Source of the DNA: Chrysomallon squamiferum
Lineage: Eukaryota > Animalia > Mollusca
Assembly: GCA_012295275.1 (NCBI GenBank)
Contig: CM022671.1
Coordinates: 15,748,001 to 15,812,000 of the forward strand
Direction of reading: 5' to 3'
DNA: 64,000 bases
Positions 27,951-41,454 of this stretch are shown here, piece after piece. The notes beneath the pieces were generated by a model. That model did not search any database. It saw only the letters and a list, made by a program, of their open reading frames with translations, and had not been told where the DNA came from. The translations under genes were made by a program, and so were the position numbers. How positions within the stretch are numbered: position 1 is the stretch's first letter; the number at the start of each line of letters is the position of its first letter.

Positions 27951-29692
27951 GTGCTTCTCGAACGTGATAAGCTGTCAGCGATAAACTCAGTCTTACTCGT
28001 TTACCTTCGACTAATAAATCATTCACAAGTTTCATCTGTCACTTCACACAATAGAGACGGTTAGAAACGTGAAACATCTATTCAGTGTGAATACTTTATA
28101 TTTAAATGTTAGCAAAATCTGATTTGACGAAGCAATAAAATAGACACAATATATATATATATATATATGAAATAACTTCAGAGAATTATAAACGTTTATT
28201 ATACTTTTTATTTTATGTTTATTTCTCAGCTTTAGTTATTAAAAAAAAAAATCTGAAATCAACACCAAATGAAATAAATTTGAATCATGACATATGCGAA
28301 GTTCATAAAAATGTGAGGAACGTGATTTGTATGGTGGATAATTTTCAAAATGAAATAACTTCCACTATAATTTAAACAAAAATCGGCAGGATAGAAATTA
28401 ATAAGATTGTGTGTGTGTGAATGTGTGTCTGTCTCTCCAGTGGAACCTAATATGAAATGAATCTTTGGATTCTACAAATTTCATAGAAATATTAATCGGA
28501 ATATGAAGCGTTATTTAAATGGTGAGCGATCGCACGATAAATCCGTTTGATTAACTTCTGAGAATCACCAAACTTGTGACCCAGCGGCACCGAATGAGAA
28601 ATGTATTTATTGCTTCTTAAACCAGTCACTAATGACATGCGCTGACTTATTAAGATCGATAAAGGGACATCCATGTACTTGACCACAACGTTAACACTGA
28701 CACCAGCAATATCCTCCACTGACCACAGTCAACAGCCTTGATGGTGACCCCGCAGTGCAACTTTGATTTTCTTATTATAAACCTACTCATATATATATGT
28801 ATATATACATACACTCACACATTCAACATACTATACACATACATAAATACATACATACAAACATACATACATACATACATACGTACACATACAAACATAC
28901 AAACATACATACTTACATAGATACATGCATACATATATACATACATACATACATACATACATACATACATACATACATACATACTTACATAGATACATTC
29001 ATACGTACATATCTATCGTCCATGAATGACTATGTGATGATAATCATGTGTTTTATACTAAATATGTTGATGCTATTATTATCGGTCTTACTGCTGCTGC
29101 TGCTGTCGCGGTAGTCGTTGTGTTATCTGTAATTACAACAAAGAGTCTAACAACTAGACTTAGTTCAGATTTATTATTCTTTAACGCCAGGCAACTTACA
29201 AAGAAAACAAATTTACTCTGACGCACAAACAATATTCAAGTTTGAGAAATACAAAAAATCAGAATTCATAGTATGTGAAAATTATGCAATTTACTTCAAT
29301 ACGTTTTTTTTGGATTTTTTTTTTTTATTTTTTTTATGTGATTTATATAAATGCAGCTGTTGGTGATTATTCTTATTAATGAGGTTTTTATCAGCAGAGA
29401 GAAAAACACAACTCTGACTTGAATGGAAACATCTCACAAAACAATCTGCGTGGCGCAAATTATGTTTCTTTGTAATTTCAAAGACGTTTTCAGTGTAATG
29501 GAGACGTAATTGATTTTCATCACGCTATTATCTTGCAGGGTTAACGTCGTGGACGCCGTATTGAACAAAAGTTAAAATATCTCACTCTCCTCATTCCCAT
29601 ACAATCGTCCTTTGTTGTTTTTCTTTCATTATTTCCAATTCTCATTCTATCTCTCTTTCTTCTGTTTCTTTTTCAGCTTCATTTATTTAGCT

Positions 29693-29799
<107 letters not shown>

Positions 29800-30393
29800 A
29801 ATATTCGCTCATTTTTTTCTCCCTCTCTCACTCGCACTCTCATTATCTCCCTCTCTCTTTCTCTTTCTTTTTCACTATTTCGTTTTTCTCTCTTTCTCAC
29901 GCTTATTCTCTTTTTATTTTTTCTACATCTATCTATCTTTCTCTCTCTCCTTCTCTTACTTTTTCTTTCCATGCTCCTCTCTCTCTCTCTCTCTCTCTCT
30001 CACTTAATGTCGTTGTCGTAACTTTCTTTCTTTTTACATCAATTCCTTTGTGCTTTCTTTCTCACCCCCCTCGTCCACCGCCCCCCCACTCGCTCTGACA
30101 TTATCACAACTCGGCTGTCCTACGGTCAATTGTCGCTTTTCAATCAAGAGCTGAATGGCGAATGTAAGTCGTTAGAAATGCGAACAGAAAAGAAAGTAAT
30201 TCACATTAGTTGCAGGGCTGAATACAGCGCATTTTGCTCCTGTAAGTTAAAGCATTAAACAAAATCAGCTATGTTTTCGAATGGCTGGTATTTTCGTTTC
30301 AGTTTCTTTTTATTATTATTATTTATTTTTCAATCAGTTGTTTATCTAATATTACGTTTTTGTGATTTTCGTTTATAATTTAATTTTGTTTGT

Positions 30394-30440
<47 letters not shown>

Positions 30441-30709
30441 TTTGTTAATTTATTTGCTTTGTCGCTCTTATTATTTTTTTTTTATTACTTTTTTTAAATT
30501 TATTTTTTTATTTTCCTTGTTGTTATTCTTCAGGTACATATATTTTACTATTATTTTTGTTTCTTTTTTTTTATTTTTTTTTTTTTATTTATTTTTAAAG
30601 TTGTTTATGAAATAGTTTTCTAGATCAAATAAATTAATTTTTATTACTTTTTGTTTATATTAGAAAAAAAAATTCGATTTGTATTTACTTTTTTCTTATA
30701 TTTTTTCTT

Positions 30710-30742
<33 letters not shown>

Positions 30743-31283
30743 TTGTTATTAAACTTTTTTTCAATTTTATTAATTTTTTTTTACTGTTGTTCTAGATCAA
30801 ATTGTTGTTCTTCAAATGAAATGTTTCATTATTTAAGACTAAAATAGAAACTATTTATTTTTCTCTCCTGATTACAGTGTATGTTAAATTAATGAAAGAA
30901 TGAAATAGATTAGATGTATAACCTAATTTCTTACCCTCATTTGTTAACCAGCGTTCGTAATGACTTTATCACTTAATAGTGCACTAATGATAGCGTTAAG
31001 TAAAGAGAAAATATAAAGTAATTTTAAAACAAGAATGTTAGAATAAAAAACTGTTTTATCATTTAATTATTATTATTCAGACCATTTCAATGCTTTTGAT
31101 TATTTATCAGGTATATTAATTATTTTTTTGAATAAAGTTAGCATTTTGTACTGAGTAAATTCAACAAATGTTTTATATATATGTATATATATGTATATAC
31201 ACACAAACACGCACACATACACACACACACACATACACAAACACACATATATGTATATAATTTTTATTTATTTATAGACATAC

Positions 31284-31336
<53 letters not shown>

Positions 31337-32694
31337 CATACATACACACATACAAACATACATACATACATATATATGTGTGTATTTCTGTGTGCATCTG
31401 TATCTTTGTTTTTAACTTGACGATTGGCTGTCCTTCAGCAAAATCTCCCAACAACAACAACAACAACAACAACAACAAAACGGTTCAGCTGGTAATCCTT
31501 GATGGAAATATAAGCTTTATCTCGAGAAACCAATGTTTGCTGAACGTAAAAGTGCCATGCAGTGTAATGCAAAGTTTATGAATTGTTTATTAGACTTTTC
31601 GCAATCAATCCTAAAGCCATCGAGAGAAGAAATCATCAAAGAGGTAAAATGGAATGACTCTTCGAAATAAAATGACGACTTTACGCCTGCAGAAATTACT
31701 TGAATGAAGCGGCAAATACCATTTGCTTACAATCCAATCAAACTGTAATGGCCAGTCGTATAATCCTCAAAACTACCCTTCGAACATAAACGACTGGGAA
31801 AGGGAATTCGAACTAGGATGCAGTAGGTGTAAATCTTCGTATTTGGCAACTTCGGGCCCAAGTAACTGCTTTCCAAACATTATAAAACACTCCATAATTT
31901 GTGATCTGCCCAAATTAATTGAAAACAAGAAAAATATTTATGGCTTTCTACTCAGTACGTGATTGTGGTTTTGACAAATATGGGGATGTGAAAAGGAATA
32001 AAAAATATATGAAAAAAAAATGAAGAGTCAGTATTAAAAAAAAATTTGAGTAAAAGTGTACCGTTCTGCATATTAAGTAAACACGCCCTAAGCCATGAAA
32101 CTACAAAAAAAACTATTAAAAAGAATAGAAAAAAGCTGTAGACATTTATAAAAAAAAAAAATCGACACAAAATGGATGGTGTATATTTAATATGGCTGAA
32201 TTAAAATATTAACGATTCCTGTCTTTTTATATAAAAGGTATTTAATTATGTAGATTTAATAGAAATTTGTCTGTATAATCATAGAAAAATTATATTTTTA
32301 ATGTAATAGCTGAAAAGAAAAGTAATAAAGATTATATTTTTGTCTGTTTAATATTTCAAGAACAGTTGTAAAAGTTCGTCTGAGGAGTAGCAGTCCTAGA
32401 AAGTAAGAATATGATAAAAGTCGTTATATGAAAGTATTAACTATGTGTCTACGTAACAGTTGTAGAAAGGTGATAGAGATTTATTTAGCAGTCCTTGAAT
32501 ATTAATAATTGTCTACGTATTTGTCTTGAAAATTAATAGTTATTTGCTCGTAATAATCCTAGAAAACAAATTTAAAAAAAAATAAAATAAAAAATGTTAC
32601 CTTTTTTCATAAAGATGATTCTTAAATGCTTTTCCTTAATATCAATATCTTAAATATTTACTTAAATCAGAGGGCAAAATGATATCTAATGATA

Positions 32695-32757
<63 letters not shown>

Positions 32758-35700
32758 TTTATTTATTGTTATTATTTCATTTATATTTGACATCAGTTAA
32801 CGCTATAATTTTAACATATTTGATATAATTTCGCTGCATTATATTTTTACCGTGATATGTATCACGTAACAAGAATGAACGAACGATAAACCTACCCATT
32901 AACAGCGATATATTTTTTTACATTTTACATTCACCAATCAGGATTACGCGGATTTTTACATTGTAATCCTGCAATCTCGTTTTCCACACCCGAAAAATCT
33001 TCAATCCTTCGCATCTCGGAAATAAATTAATTTCTTGGATGGCAGCACGAGATGAAAAGACCTCGCTCTGGCGACTGAAGATGCGGGAGAGAGGACAACA
33101 CACAACTAATTGATGCTAATCCGTTTCTACCAAACATCAAAGAGTTCACGAAAATCCATTCATGATGGAAATAGACCAGCACTGGCTTTCCTTATCTAAT
33201 ATATTAATTAACAGACGGTTTCTAATAGAATGCAACTGGCTATCATTTATACATCGCGTTTCTTTATTATGAATATTTTCATCTAAGCAGAATTTAACGG
33301 TCATCAGAGCATTTGGATTATTTACTGTTTGGTGTTAGAGGTGTCTAAGTCTTTATGAAGTATCACTGTTGCTTTAAGCCTGATGTAAAAGTTTAAAAAG
33401 CATTTTAAATTCTAATTTTTGTGGTTTATATAATTCCAGATTTTTTAATTTATTTATTTTATTATTATTTTTTTTTTTTTTTTTTTGTTAGCTTTCATAT
33501 ATGAATTGTCAATCAAACAAAGTAGGCTACCGTTGCTGATGTGAAAAAAGCTATATATTTTGCAAAATTATAATTGTTTCTCCATGTTTAATTAATAACT
33601 AATTTAGACAACAAAATGGATTAACCAACAAAAATAAAGAAAAAATGTGCTGGTTTCTTCTCTAGACTTGACGTCATCTGGGATAGGTTATGAAACAATG
33701 AATTTTTATCCATCACTTTAAAAATGATTCTCTTATACTTATTATCAAACAGAATTATTGCGCTAATTGAATAGAAAAGATACAAGTGTATATAAAATAC
33801 ATATAAATATTTTTTTCTTCTTTTGCCAGATAGTTTATTTAAAAACAAAGTAAAATAATTAGTTAAGCCGTGAAAGTGCTTGGCGTCGCAAAAGCAAGAC
33901 AGAAACCAAGCTGAAGGAAGTTGTAATTCGTAAACACCAACATGTACAAGAGGCCTTGTACAGAGCTAAAGAAACCGAACAGTTTTGTGACAATATTGTA
34001 AGCTGGAATCACTGTTATTATCGCTTATTCAGTGAGTCATATCAGTTTTTATTACATTTAAATCATTCAAATAAAAACAGTCCTGTTTACAAATACTCAG
34101 TAGCAAAAACACATTAATTTCGTTATATATTTACCAAGTTCATACTACATGATCAAATATAAAGCAATTTTTCATTATTTTGAAAACAGAAATTATAACA
34201 TGCACAAAAGGCTCGTTATTTCTGTTTGCGATTATTTTAGTCAGCGGCAATTTCAGCATCAGCCTTTTACGTCGTAGTTACTGTTACTGTAGAATTCAGA
34301 ACTGCGTGTTTATAAAGTGGGACATAAAAATTAATATCCTATCTTACTTTATTATTATTATGATTGCTTGTGCTGTCTTCTGTAAAATTATTCATATTCT
34401 GAGTTGGTGAAAAGGCGATTTTTATCTAAAAGCAAAACAAATAAATGTGTTTTAATTGATTTGTTTGCATGGTTATTTTTTCTCTCTATAAATATACATT
34501 AACATACGTCAAACACATTTATTCTTCTTGTTCTTAATGCTGCTTATGATTTTAAAAGAAGAAAAAAATTGAAGAGATTATTTTAACACAATGAGTACGT
34601 ACGTACGGTGCATGTATGATTTTGTGTTTTTAAAGAATTCTTATTTTAGCTTAATACAGCTGTCATGTATTTAATCTCTGTGACTCATTTCTGCCGAAGT
34701 GAAGAAGATAATCAGTGGCACACACAATCTGCAGTGACATATTTAAAGTGACTTAAAGTGAAGACGGAAGTAAGAATGTGGCACAGTCTGCTTCACTATA
34801 AACCCATCAAACATAGACCGGCTTTAATCATATCTTGATGTTATTGCTCTCAACCTCTAGCTGCCGTTTGAAATTAGTTTTCCTCTTCGCACAACAAAGG
34901 GTAGAGCACTAAGAAATGGAAAATGGTCCCATGGCAGCACAAAAGACCAGATGGACGCCGATGAAGTTTCTAGTGGGGTGGAAAGGTTAATGAACGCCTA
35001 ACCCCCATTGCATCTGTGTCCCAGTCTCGACTCCCGGCGTGACGGGTTTGTTAGGAAAACAAAGGAGAAACCACCACAGCTTTTGTCCGAGTGTCCAATG
35101 CAAATCAATAAGAAAGTTACCTTCAGTTTGCTGCAGTTTGCACGGAGAGGAATGCACGCACGTTTAGAGACAACCCGATCCAGAGTGCTCAACACTGTTG
35201 TCACAGCCAATGTGTACAATTAGTACTGATGTGTTGATGAAAACTCAACCGAGTCTGTTGTATTGACTCGTTTCTCTCCCGCAGGAAATCGCCGCACAGA
35301 TGGGTTTAATCATGTGAAGTACCAAGAAAGATGATACAATGTAAACACACCAAGTATGATTCTTGTTTGCCAGACTTGTGTCTTGAAAACAACACCGTGT
35401 GATTCTTCTAGATGTCTTCATCCGAAAGCGAGAAAACTAGAGAGAGGGTTGTTTTAAAAATAAAAAATTTTATTATTTTGATTAATTTTTACAATTTGAT
35501 CCAATAAAACCGAGAGAAAAAGGGTTATTTTTAAGAATTTTTATTTTTGGTTTTTGTCAGTTATAACTTAATGAAACTTAATCAAAATTGAGGAAAAGAG
35601 GATTTTTGTTTTTGTTAATTACAGTATCATAAAGTGTTATTAAAAACGAGTGAAAGAGGAGCTGATACTTAAAAGATTTGTGTTTTATTTTTTGTTAATA

Positions 35701-37793
35701 GCTACGTCACAAAACTTAATCAACTGTAAATGTTTGCATGATTATCTGCTGTTAGAATATACATGCTCCTTTTCATGTCTCGTCTAGAACACACGCAAAA
35801 GAGAATAATTAATAACGATCACATTGCAGGCTTGATTGTTTTGAGTTTTTAATGAAACACATTTTTTGGTTTTCAGTCTTGGAGAAGACACTGTAACAAA
35901 TAAACAAGTAAAACACAGTTGATGTAACTACATTTAAACTTTAAACAGTCGATTTATTCAGTTTCCATTGAAGGAATCTAACATAATTTTATCAAACAGA
36001 AGATCAAATTCAGTTCGGACAAAATGTTTAGCAAAATCAATGTTCATGCCAGCCACAGGCAAGCTTCAACACTTTTCAGATTCAAGAATACTGAAAGTAC
36101 ACACATACACTAGATACATGCATAACACACAATTACACATGAACATATACAAACGTACATAACTTCAGTCTATGCATGAACATTGTCAACATTGAGACTA
36201 AATATATTTTCAATATTGCAAATACGAAGTAACTGTTACATATAAACACATACTTATATGCATGCACACACGCACACGCATACAAACACACACGGTTTTA
36301 ACGGTTTATACTCAGACAAAAATTACTTCCTTTTCTTACATATTACGAGATTATTTTGTAGAGATTTTTCAAAAAGAGCCTTGACAGCATGTAGCACATT
36401 CATTTTTATTTACTCTGTCAGTTTTATTATTTTTTTTTTTTTGACTGATTATTTTAATACTGTGTTTTTAATAACAGTGTTTTGAGTTCATTTTCTCCAG
36501 TCTAGTAACGAGAAAATTGAACTAGCACTGCTTTTTTTTTTTCTGTTTTTTTCCTATTTTCACTTGAAAAATACTCTTCTTTTCAAAACGATGGACAGTG
36601 CTGTAATCTCGTCATAATTATCGAATTTCTATCCCCACACCAGTGAAGAGCAATTTATGTTTTTTTTTTCTTGACAGTCAGACTGACAGACGGATAGACA
36701 GATATTTAATTAACGTTTCATGTAATGATTGTTAAAAAAAAAATTCTCGTCAAAACCTGGGAACAACATCTGAATGTATTAACTGAAATTTTAATGTGAA
36801 CACATTTTTCTGCCCGTTTTGAAACTGCACTTCGCATCATCGTAATAATGCTCGCTAAAGTAAGTTTTCTTGTTCCGTTTTGCTTTTATTTATTTATATT
36901 TAGTCCAGTGGGATGTGCCAAATGAGTATAATAATTTAAAACTGACACAACATTTTAATTGGGTTTCTTTATGCTGAATATTACAGAACGTAATGACATT
37001 GACTGACAAGAAAATATTCAGGGCAAACGTTCGGTTGCATGCTCCACCGAACTACGTGGACGTTAGAGATTAGAATGACAAGAATAGTGGGACAGCGTAT
37101 TTAATTAACAAAAGTGTATTAAAAGAATATAAAAAAATAAAGATATGCTGGTATTTAGGAATATTGCACGAAGCAATTTGTTTTTTAACTGTCTTACAAA
37201 CAGCAGCTTATTTTAACATTATAAAATGCAAAATGAATACTCTGAATGAGAAATGTGTGTAAGTATATTACGAGTGCTTTATTTTTATTAATATATTTTT
37301 TATTTTTTATTATTGTTTATTTTTTATTTTTTAAATTTTTTATTTTTTTCAAATTTTTATTGTTGATTCTTAAAATACTTAGATTTGTTGAATTATATCG
37401 TCTTTAACATGTAATGTTAATATTTCACTTGCACAGCCATTTATAATACAAATTAAGTGGTTGTGTTCATCCATTGATTTTATATAGATTTATGTGTCTG
37501 TGTGTATATATATATATGTATGAATGCACATGTAACTATGGGGTTTTTTACTTATGCATTTGTGTGTGTGTTTGTATGTATGTATAGGTGTGTATTTGTA
37601 TGGTAAAATCTTAGAAGAACTATGTTAATTACTGTTTTATGCCACTTTATCAGTTAAGGTTTAATAAAAGAACAGTTAATTTATTAATCTTGTAATTAAT
37701 TATTTATATAATGACTAAGGCTATGGGCAACCGATTGACTGAATGTCTAATATATCACTAATACAATAAAAAAAAATTTATCCTTTCTGGTTT

Positions 37794-38043
37794 CTTGTCT
37801 AATTTGTTAAAGATACAATTATTTTTATGATTGTTGGTTACTTAATGTCTAATATATTAAAGATATAATTATTTTTATGATTATTGGTTACTTAATGTCT
37901 ATTATATTAAAGATATAATTATTTTTATGATTATTGATTACATAATGTCTAATATATTAAAGATATAATTATTTTTATGATTATTGATTACATAATGTCT
38001 AATATGTTAAAGATTTAATTATTTTTATGACTGTTGATGATTT
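37794..38043. repeat. Minisatellite, 50-bp unit, 5 copies, adjoining the exon-2 acceptor
   Basis: AATGTCTAATATATTAAAGATATAATTATTTTTATGATTATTGGTTACTT at 37844, 37894, 37944 and 37994, plus a diverged copy at about 37794. Confidence 0.95.
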
Positions 38044-38080
38044 AATATGTTACTGATATGATTATTGCTTATTCTTGCAG

Positions 38081-39733
38081 GTCAGTAACACGTTTATCGT
38101 CAGTCTTGCTATCGCTGATCTCATCGTTGGACTGATAGTGATGCCTATCAGCACTGTGTATATCTTCACTGTCGACTGGCTGTTCGGTGTCGCTGTGTGC
38201 CAGATTTGGATCGGGATAGACTACATAGCCAGCACGGCCTCGATACTTAATCTCTTTATTCTCAGTCTCGACCGATACTGGTCCGTTAAGTCACCTTTAT
38301 TGTATCTACGTAAGCGGACCAAGAAGCGGGCGCTGGTGATGATTTCGTTAGTTTGGTCGGCGTCTTCGCTCTGGATTGTGCCAATAGTCGGGTGGCATCA
38401 CCTGGTTCACGGAGGAGTTCGCACAGTTCCGGACAACGAGTGCGACACGGAGTACGCTCAGAACTCGGCGCTGAAGATCATCACCGCGTTCTTCAACTTC
38501 TACTTGCCGCTGGCGGTCATGTACTCGTTGTATTTCAAAATATTTCGCGAAATCAGGAAGCGCTCGCAGTTCGAGCTGGGTCAGAGGATCTCGGGAAGGC
38601 AGTACGCCACCGCTTACATTCCTGGTTTGCCCAACTCGAATTCCGGAGACGACAGCGAACAGCCGGACGACACCCTCTCCGACGACCATTCTCATTCGGT
38701 GACGAGCAACCACTGCATAAACCAGCTCACCAAAAACACTTTGTTTAATTCCGTGCATCGCAACCGAGGCGCCGAAGACTACAACATGAAACATTTCAAC
38801 AGAAACAGCACCGTCTCCTACTCGCGGTCTCGAAACCGCGAAGACCACAGTACCACCACCACCACCACCACTATTCAGTCAAACGAGAACTGTGTCGCTC
38901 ATCAGACCAGAAGTCTTTCTGCCAAACCGAAGGTAGGCTACAAAAACTTGCGACTTTCTGCTGTGAAACATCGGATGAGCGCCAAGGAAAACAGAGCCTC
39001 GGTTCGGACAGAGTACGTGTACGACGAGAGCGTCATCGACCCTCAGACGGAGAGGATCGAAAGATACTTCTACGAAGAACGTTTAGCTTTACAACGACCA
39101 GATTCCTTCCCTGTGATCGCAAACAACTACGTGCGCGCTGATAACTGTTCAGAGCATTCGGCTTCCACGTCCAGCACGCTGGAAGACAAAGCTAACGAGT
39201 ACAGCGACACGCTCAACGCCTCAGTCAGCGACAACTACTCCGTCATCAGCGGAATAAGGAAAATAAAACAGGCGGAAATGCTCTTGGATAAAACTGTGTC
39301 TTTGGCGGAAGGTCGAGCTAACCAGGAGAAAAACATGTACCTGCTGCGAGATGATAAAAACAGGAGACTGACAGGCGTGCTCAATATTAAAGACAGAATC
39401 AAACACTTTCGCCAGTCGTCTTCGTTGACGAAGGAAATCAAAGCTGCCAGACAGCTAGGTGTAATCATGGGGGCGTTTACGTTGTGTTTCCTACCGTATT
39501 TTATACTGTTTATGGTTGTGGCATTTTGTGATGACTGTGTAGACCCGGGGGTGATGACAGCCATGACCTGGGTAGGGTATCTCAACTCCACCCTCAATCC
39601 ATTCCTCTATCCTTTGTGCAATACAAACTTTCGAAGGAAATTTAGAAAAATGCTTGGATATCGCAGCAGAAAATCCAGACAACATTTTGGTGCATTTGAG
39701 AGAAACAGTCTCAGTAATGTCCGTTATGACTGA
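38081..39733 (+). CDS. HRH1: Histamine H1 receptor-like GPCR, coding exon 2 (TM2-TM7, long ICL3, helix 8)
   Basis: Acceptor TTCTTGCAG|GTC at 38080/38081, phase 0, joins ...RLQT to VSNTFIVSLAIADL. Motifs: LAxAD, TM3 IDYIASTAS..DRY, TM4 LWIVPI, TM5 KIITAFFNFYLP, TM6 KAARQLG..CFLPYF, TM7 WVGYLNSTLNPFLYPLCN. These closely match recalled vertebrate HRH1 helices. Stop TGA at 39731-39733. Confidence 0.95.
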   Translation, partial: VSNTFIVSLAIADLIVGLIVMPISTVYIFTVDWLFGVAVCQIWIGIDYIASTASILNLFILSLDRYWSVKSPLLYLRKRTKKRALVMISLVWSASSLWIVPIVGWHHLVHGGVRTVPDNECDTEYAQNSALKIITAFFNFYLPLAVMYSLYFKIFREIRKRSQFELGQRISGRQYATAYIPGLPNSNSGDDSEQPDDTLSDDHSHSVTSNHCINQLTKNTLFNSVHRNRGAEDYNMKHFNRNSTVSYSRSRNREDHSTTTTTTTIQSNENCVAHQTRSLSAKPKVGYKNLRLSAVKHRMSAKENRASVRTEYVYDESVIDPQTERIERYFYEERLALQRPDSFPVIANNYVRADNCSEHSASTSSTLEDKANEYSDTLNASVSDNYSVISGIRKIKQAEMLLDKTVSLAEGRANQEKNMYLLRDDKNRRLTGVLNIKDRIKHFRQSSSLTKEIKAARQLGVIMGAFTLCFLPYFILFMVVAFCDDCVDPGVMTAMTWVGYLNSTLNPFLYPLCNTNFRRKFRKMLGYRSRKSRQHFGAFERNSLSNVRYD

Positions 39734-40699
39734 TTTTTAGAATATATATATATCAGTAAATTGATATTATATATCACAGTGTGACAGCAAGGTGTTCGTT
39801 AAAAAAACTGTTATTATATGTATTTATATATCTGTATGTATGTAGATAATGTGTGATGTGTGTATTTCTCTGTATCTGTGAGTGCGAGTGAATGTGGTTC
39901 TGCAGACGTCAACTGGATTTTTCAAATCATTTATTTATTTATTTATTTATTTGTTTGTTTGTTTGTTTAGCTTGACTCGTTTATTATCATTATTAACATT
40001 ATTACCATTATTATTCATTTGTTATTTATATTTATTTATTTATTTATATATTGATTTATTTATTTATTAGTTTTAATTTGTTTGTTTGTTTACTTATTAA
40101 CATTATTAGCATCATTATTCATTTATTTAATCATTTATATTCTTATTTACTTACTTATTTTTATTTTACTTTTTCTTTTTTTTTTCTTTTTCACTTGGAA
40201 GGCAGAAATAAAAATTTTCACAGAATAAAATATGGATTTGTTATTTGAATGTATGTCAATCTGTGTTTCAGTCTACATAAAACTCGAGCCATGAGGGAGG
40301 CTGTGAACAATGAGAGTCACTAGAAATGTCACTGCGTGTGAGATTCATCTATCTCAGTTCTTTGTGGCAACAAAATTGAAACAAACTGCAAACGATGTAT
40401 CGAACTAAATCTCATTCCTTCAAATGTTCTATCTGACAAGTTAAATTAAAGTGTTAAAAAAACAAACAAATCAATAACCCAAACACTTTCATTCGGGGAC
40501 AATAATTGTATTGACAAAAATTTGTGTCAATGAGTATGTGTGTGCATATGTGATTGTCTGTTCGTGTGTGGGGGGTGTACGTGTGTGTGTTACATGGATA
40601 TTTCTGTGTGTGTATGTATGAGTGTCTATATATATATATATATAAGTGTGTGTGTGTGTCTTGTATTGTGTTATGTAGATTAACTTACTTTAGTAAAGT

Positions 40700-41125
40700 T
40701 TATACTACTGTATTGTAATAAAGTGTAGTATAGAGTAATATCGTACTGCAGTGATTTCTTTAAGGTGGTAATATAGTATGACGTAGTGTAGTACATTGTA
40801 GTGAAGTATAGTATAATGTACAGTATTGACGCCTATAAGGTCGTATGGTATGTTGTGATATACTCTGACGTAATGTAGTGTAATACAGTACAGTACAATG
40901 TAGTGTAGTATAGTGTAAAGTAACGTAGTATAATGTGGCACAGTACAATCTGATTAGTGTAATGTTAAATGAAGTATAGTGCTGTGGTTAGTAGTTTATA
41001 TAGTGTGATTTAATGCATCTAATGTAGTATGGTGTGGTTTGTGATGTGTGGTATGTTGTGTAGTGTGATCTGATCTGGTGCTGTGCACTCTGATGTAGTA
41101 GTGTTTACACAGCAGGGTGTAGTGG
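40700..41125. repeat. Degenerate pentanucleotide repeat (GTAGT/GTAAT/ACAGT)
   Basis: 5-bp periodicity, for example GTAATGTAGTGTAATACAGTACAGTACAATGTAGTGTAGT. Confidence 0.8.
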
Positions 41126-41290
41126 CTTATGACCAAAATATCATTTAAAAAAGTAGCATAATATAATACAGAACTTACAGAGTGCAGTACTTGTAATAAA
41201 GCAGAGTACACGTAATAATATACAGAACTTACAGAATGCATTAACAGTAATAACATTAAGCACAAATTAAATGTTGGTATAAGTCTCTGC

Positions 41291-41454
41291 CATCACTGGC
41301 ATACCTAACTTAGAAACACTGTAACAAAGCAGAGTACTTAAGAACATGTTACTACGTTTTACTTTATCTGTCATCACTGGCATACCTAACTTAGAAACAC
41401 TGTAACAAAGCAGAGTACTTAAGAACATGTTACTACGTTTTACTTTATCTGTCA
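41291..41454. repeat. Exact 81-bp tandem duplication
   Basis: CATCACTGGCATACCTAAC...ACTTTATCTGT starts at 41291 and 41372. Confidence 0.95.

Noticed and set aside
38075-38080. ORF-track start of a 552-aa intronless receptor
   Set aside because: TTGCAG is the splice acceptor; a protein starting here would lack TM1.
38348-39685. Antisense and alternative-frame ORFs overlapping exon 2
   Set aside because: Shadow ORFs expected opposite a GC-richer coding exon; no recognisable motifs.
40207-40229. AATAAA hexamers as the receptor's polyadenylation signal
   Set aside because: AATAAA is very frequent in this AT-rich DNA and cannot be assigned without 3'-end data.
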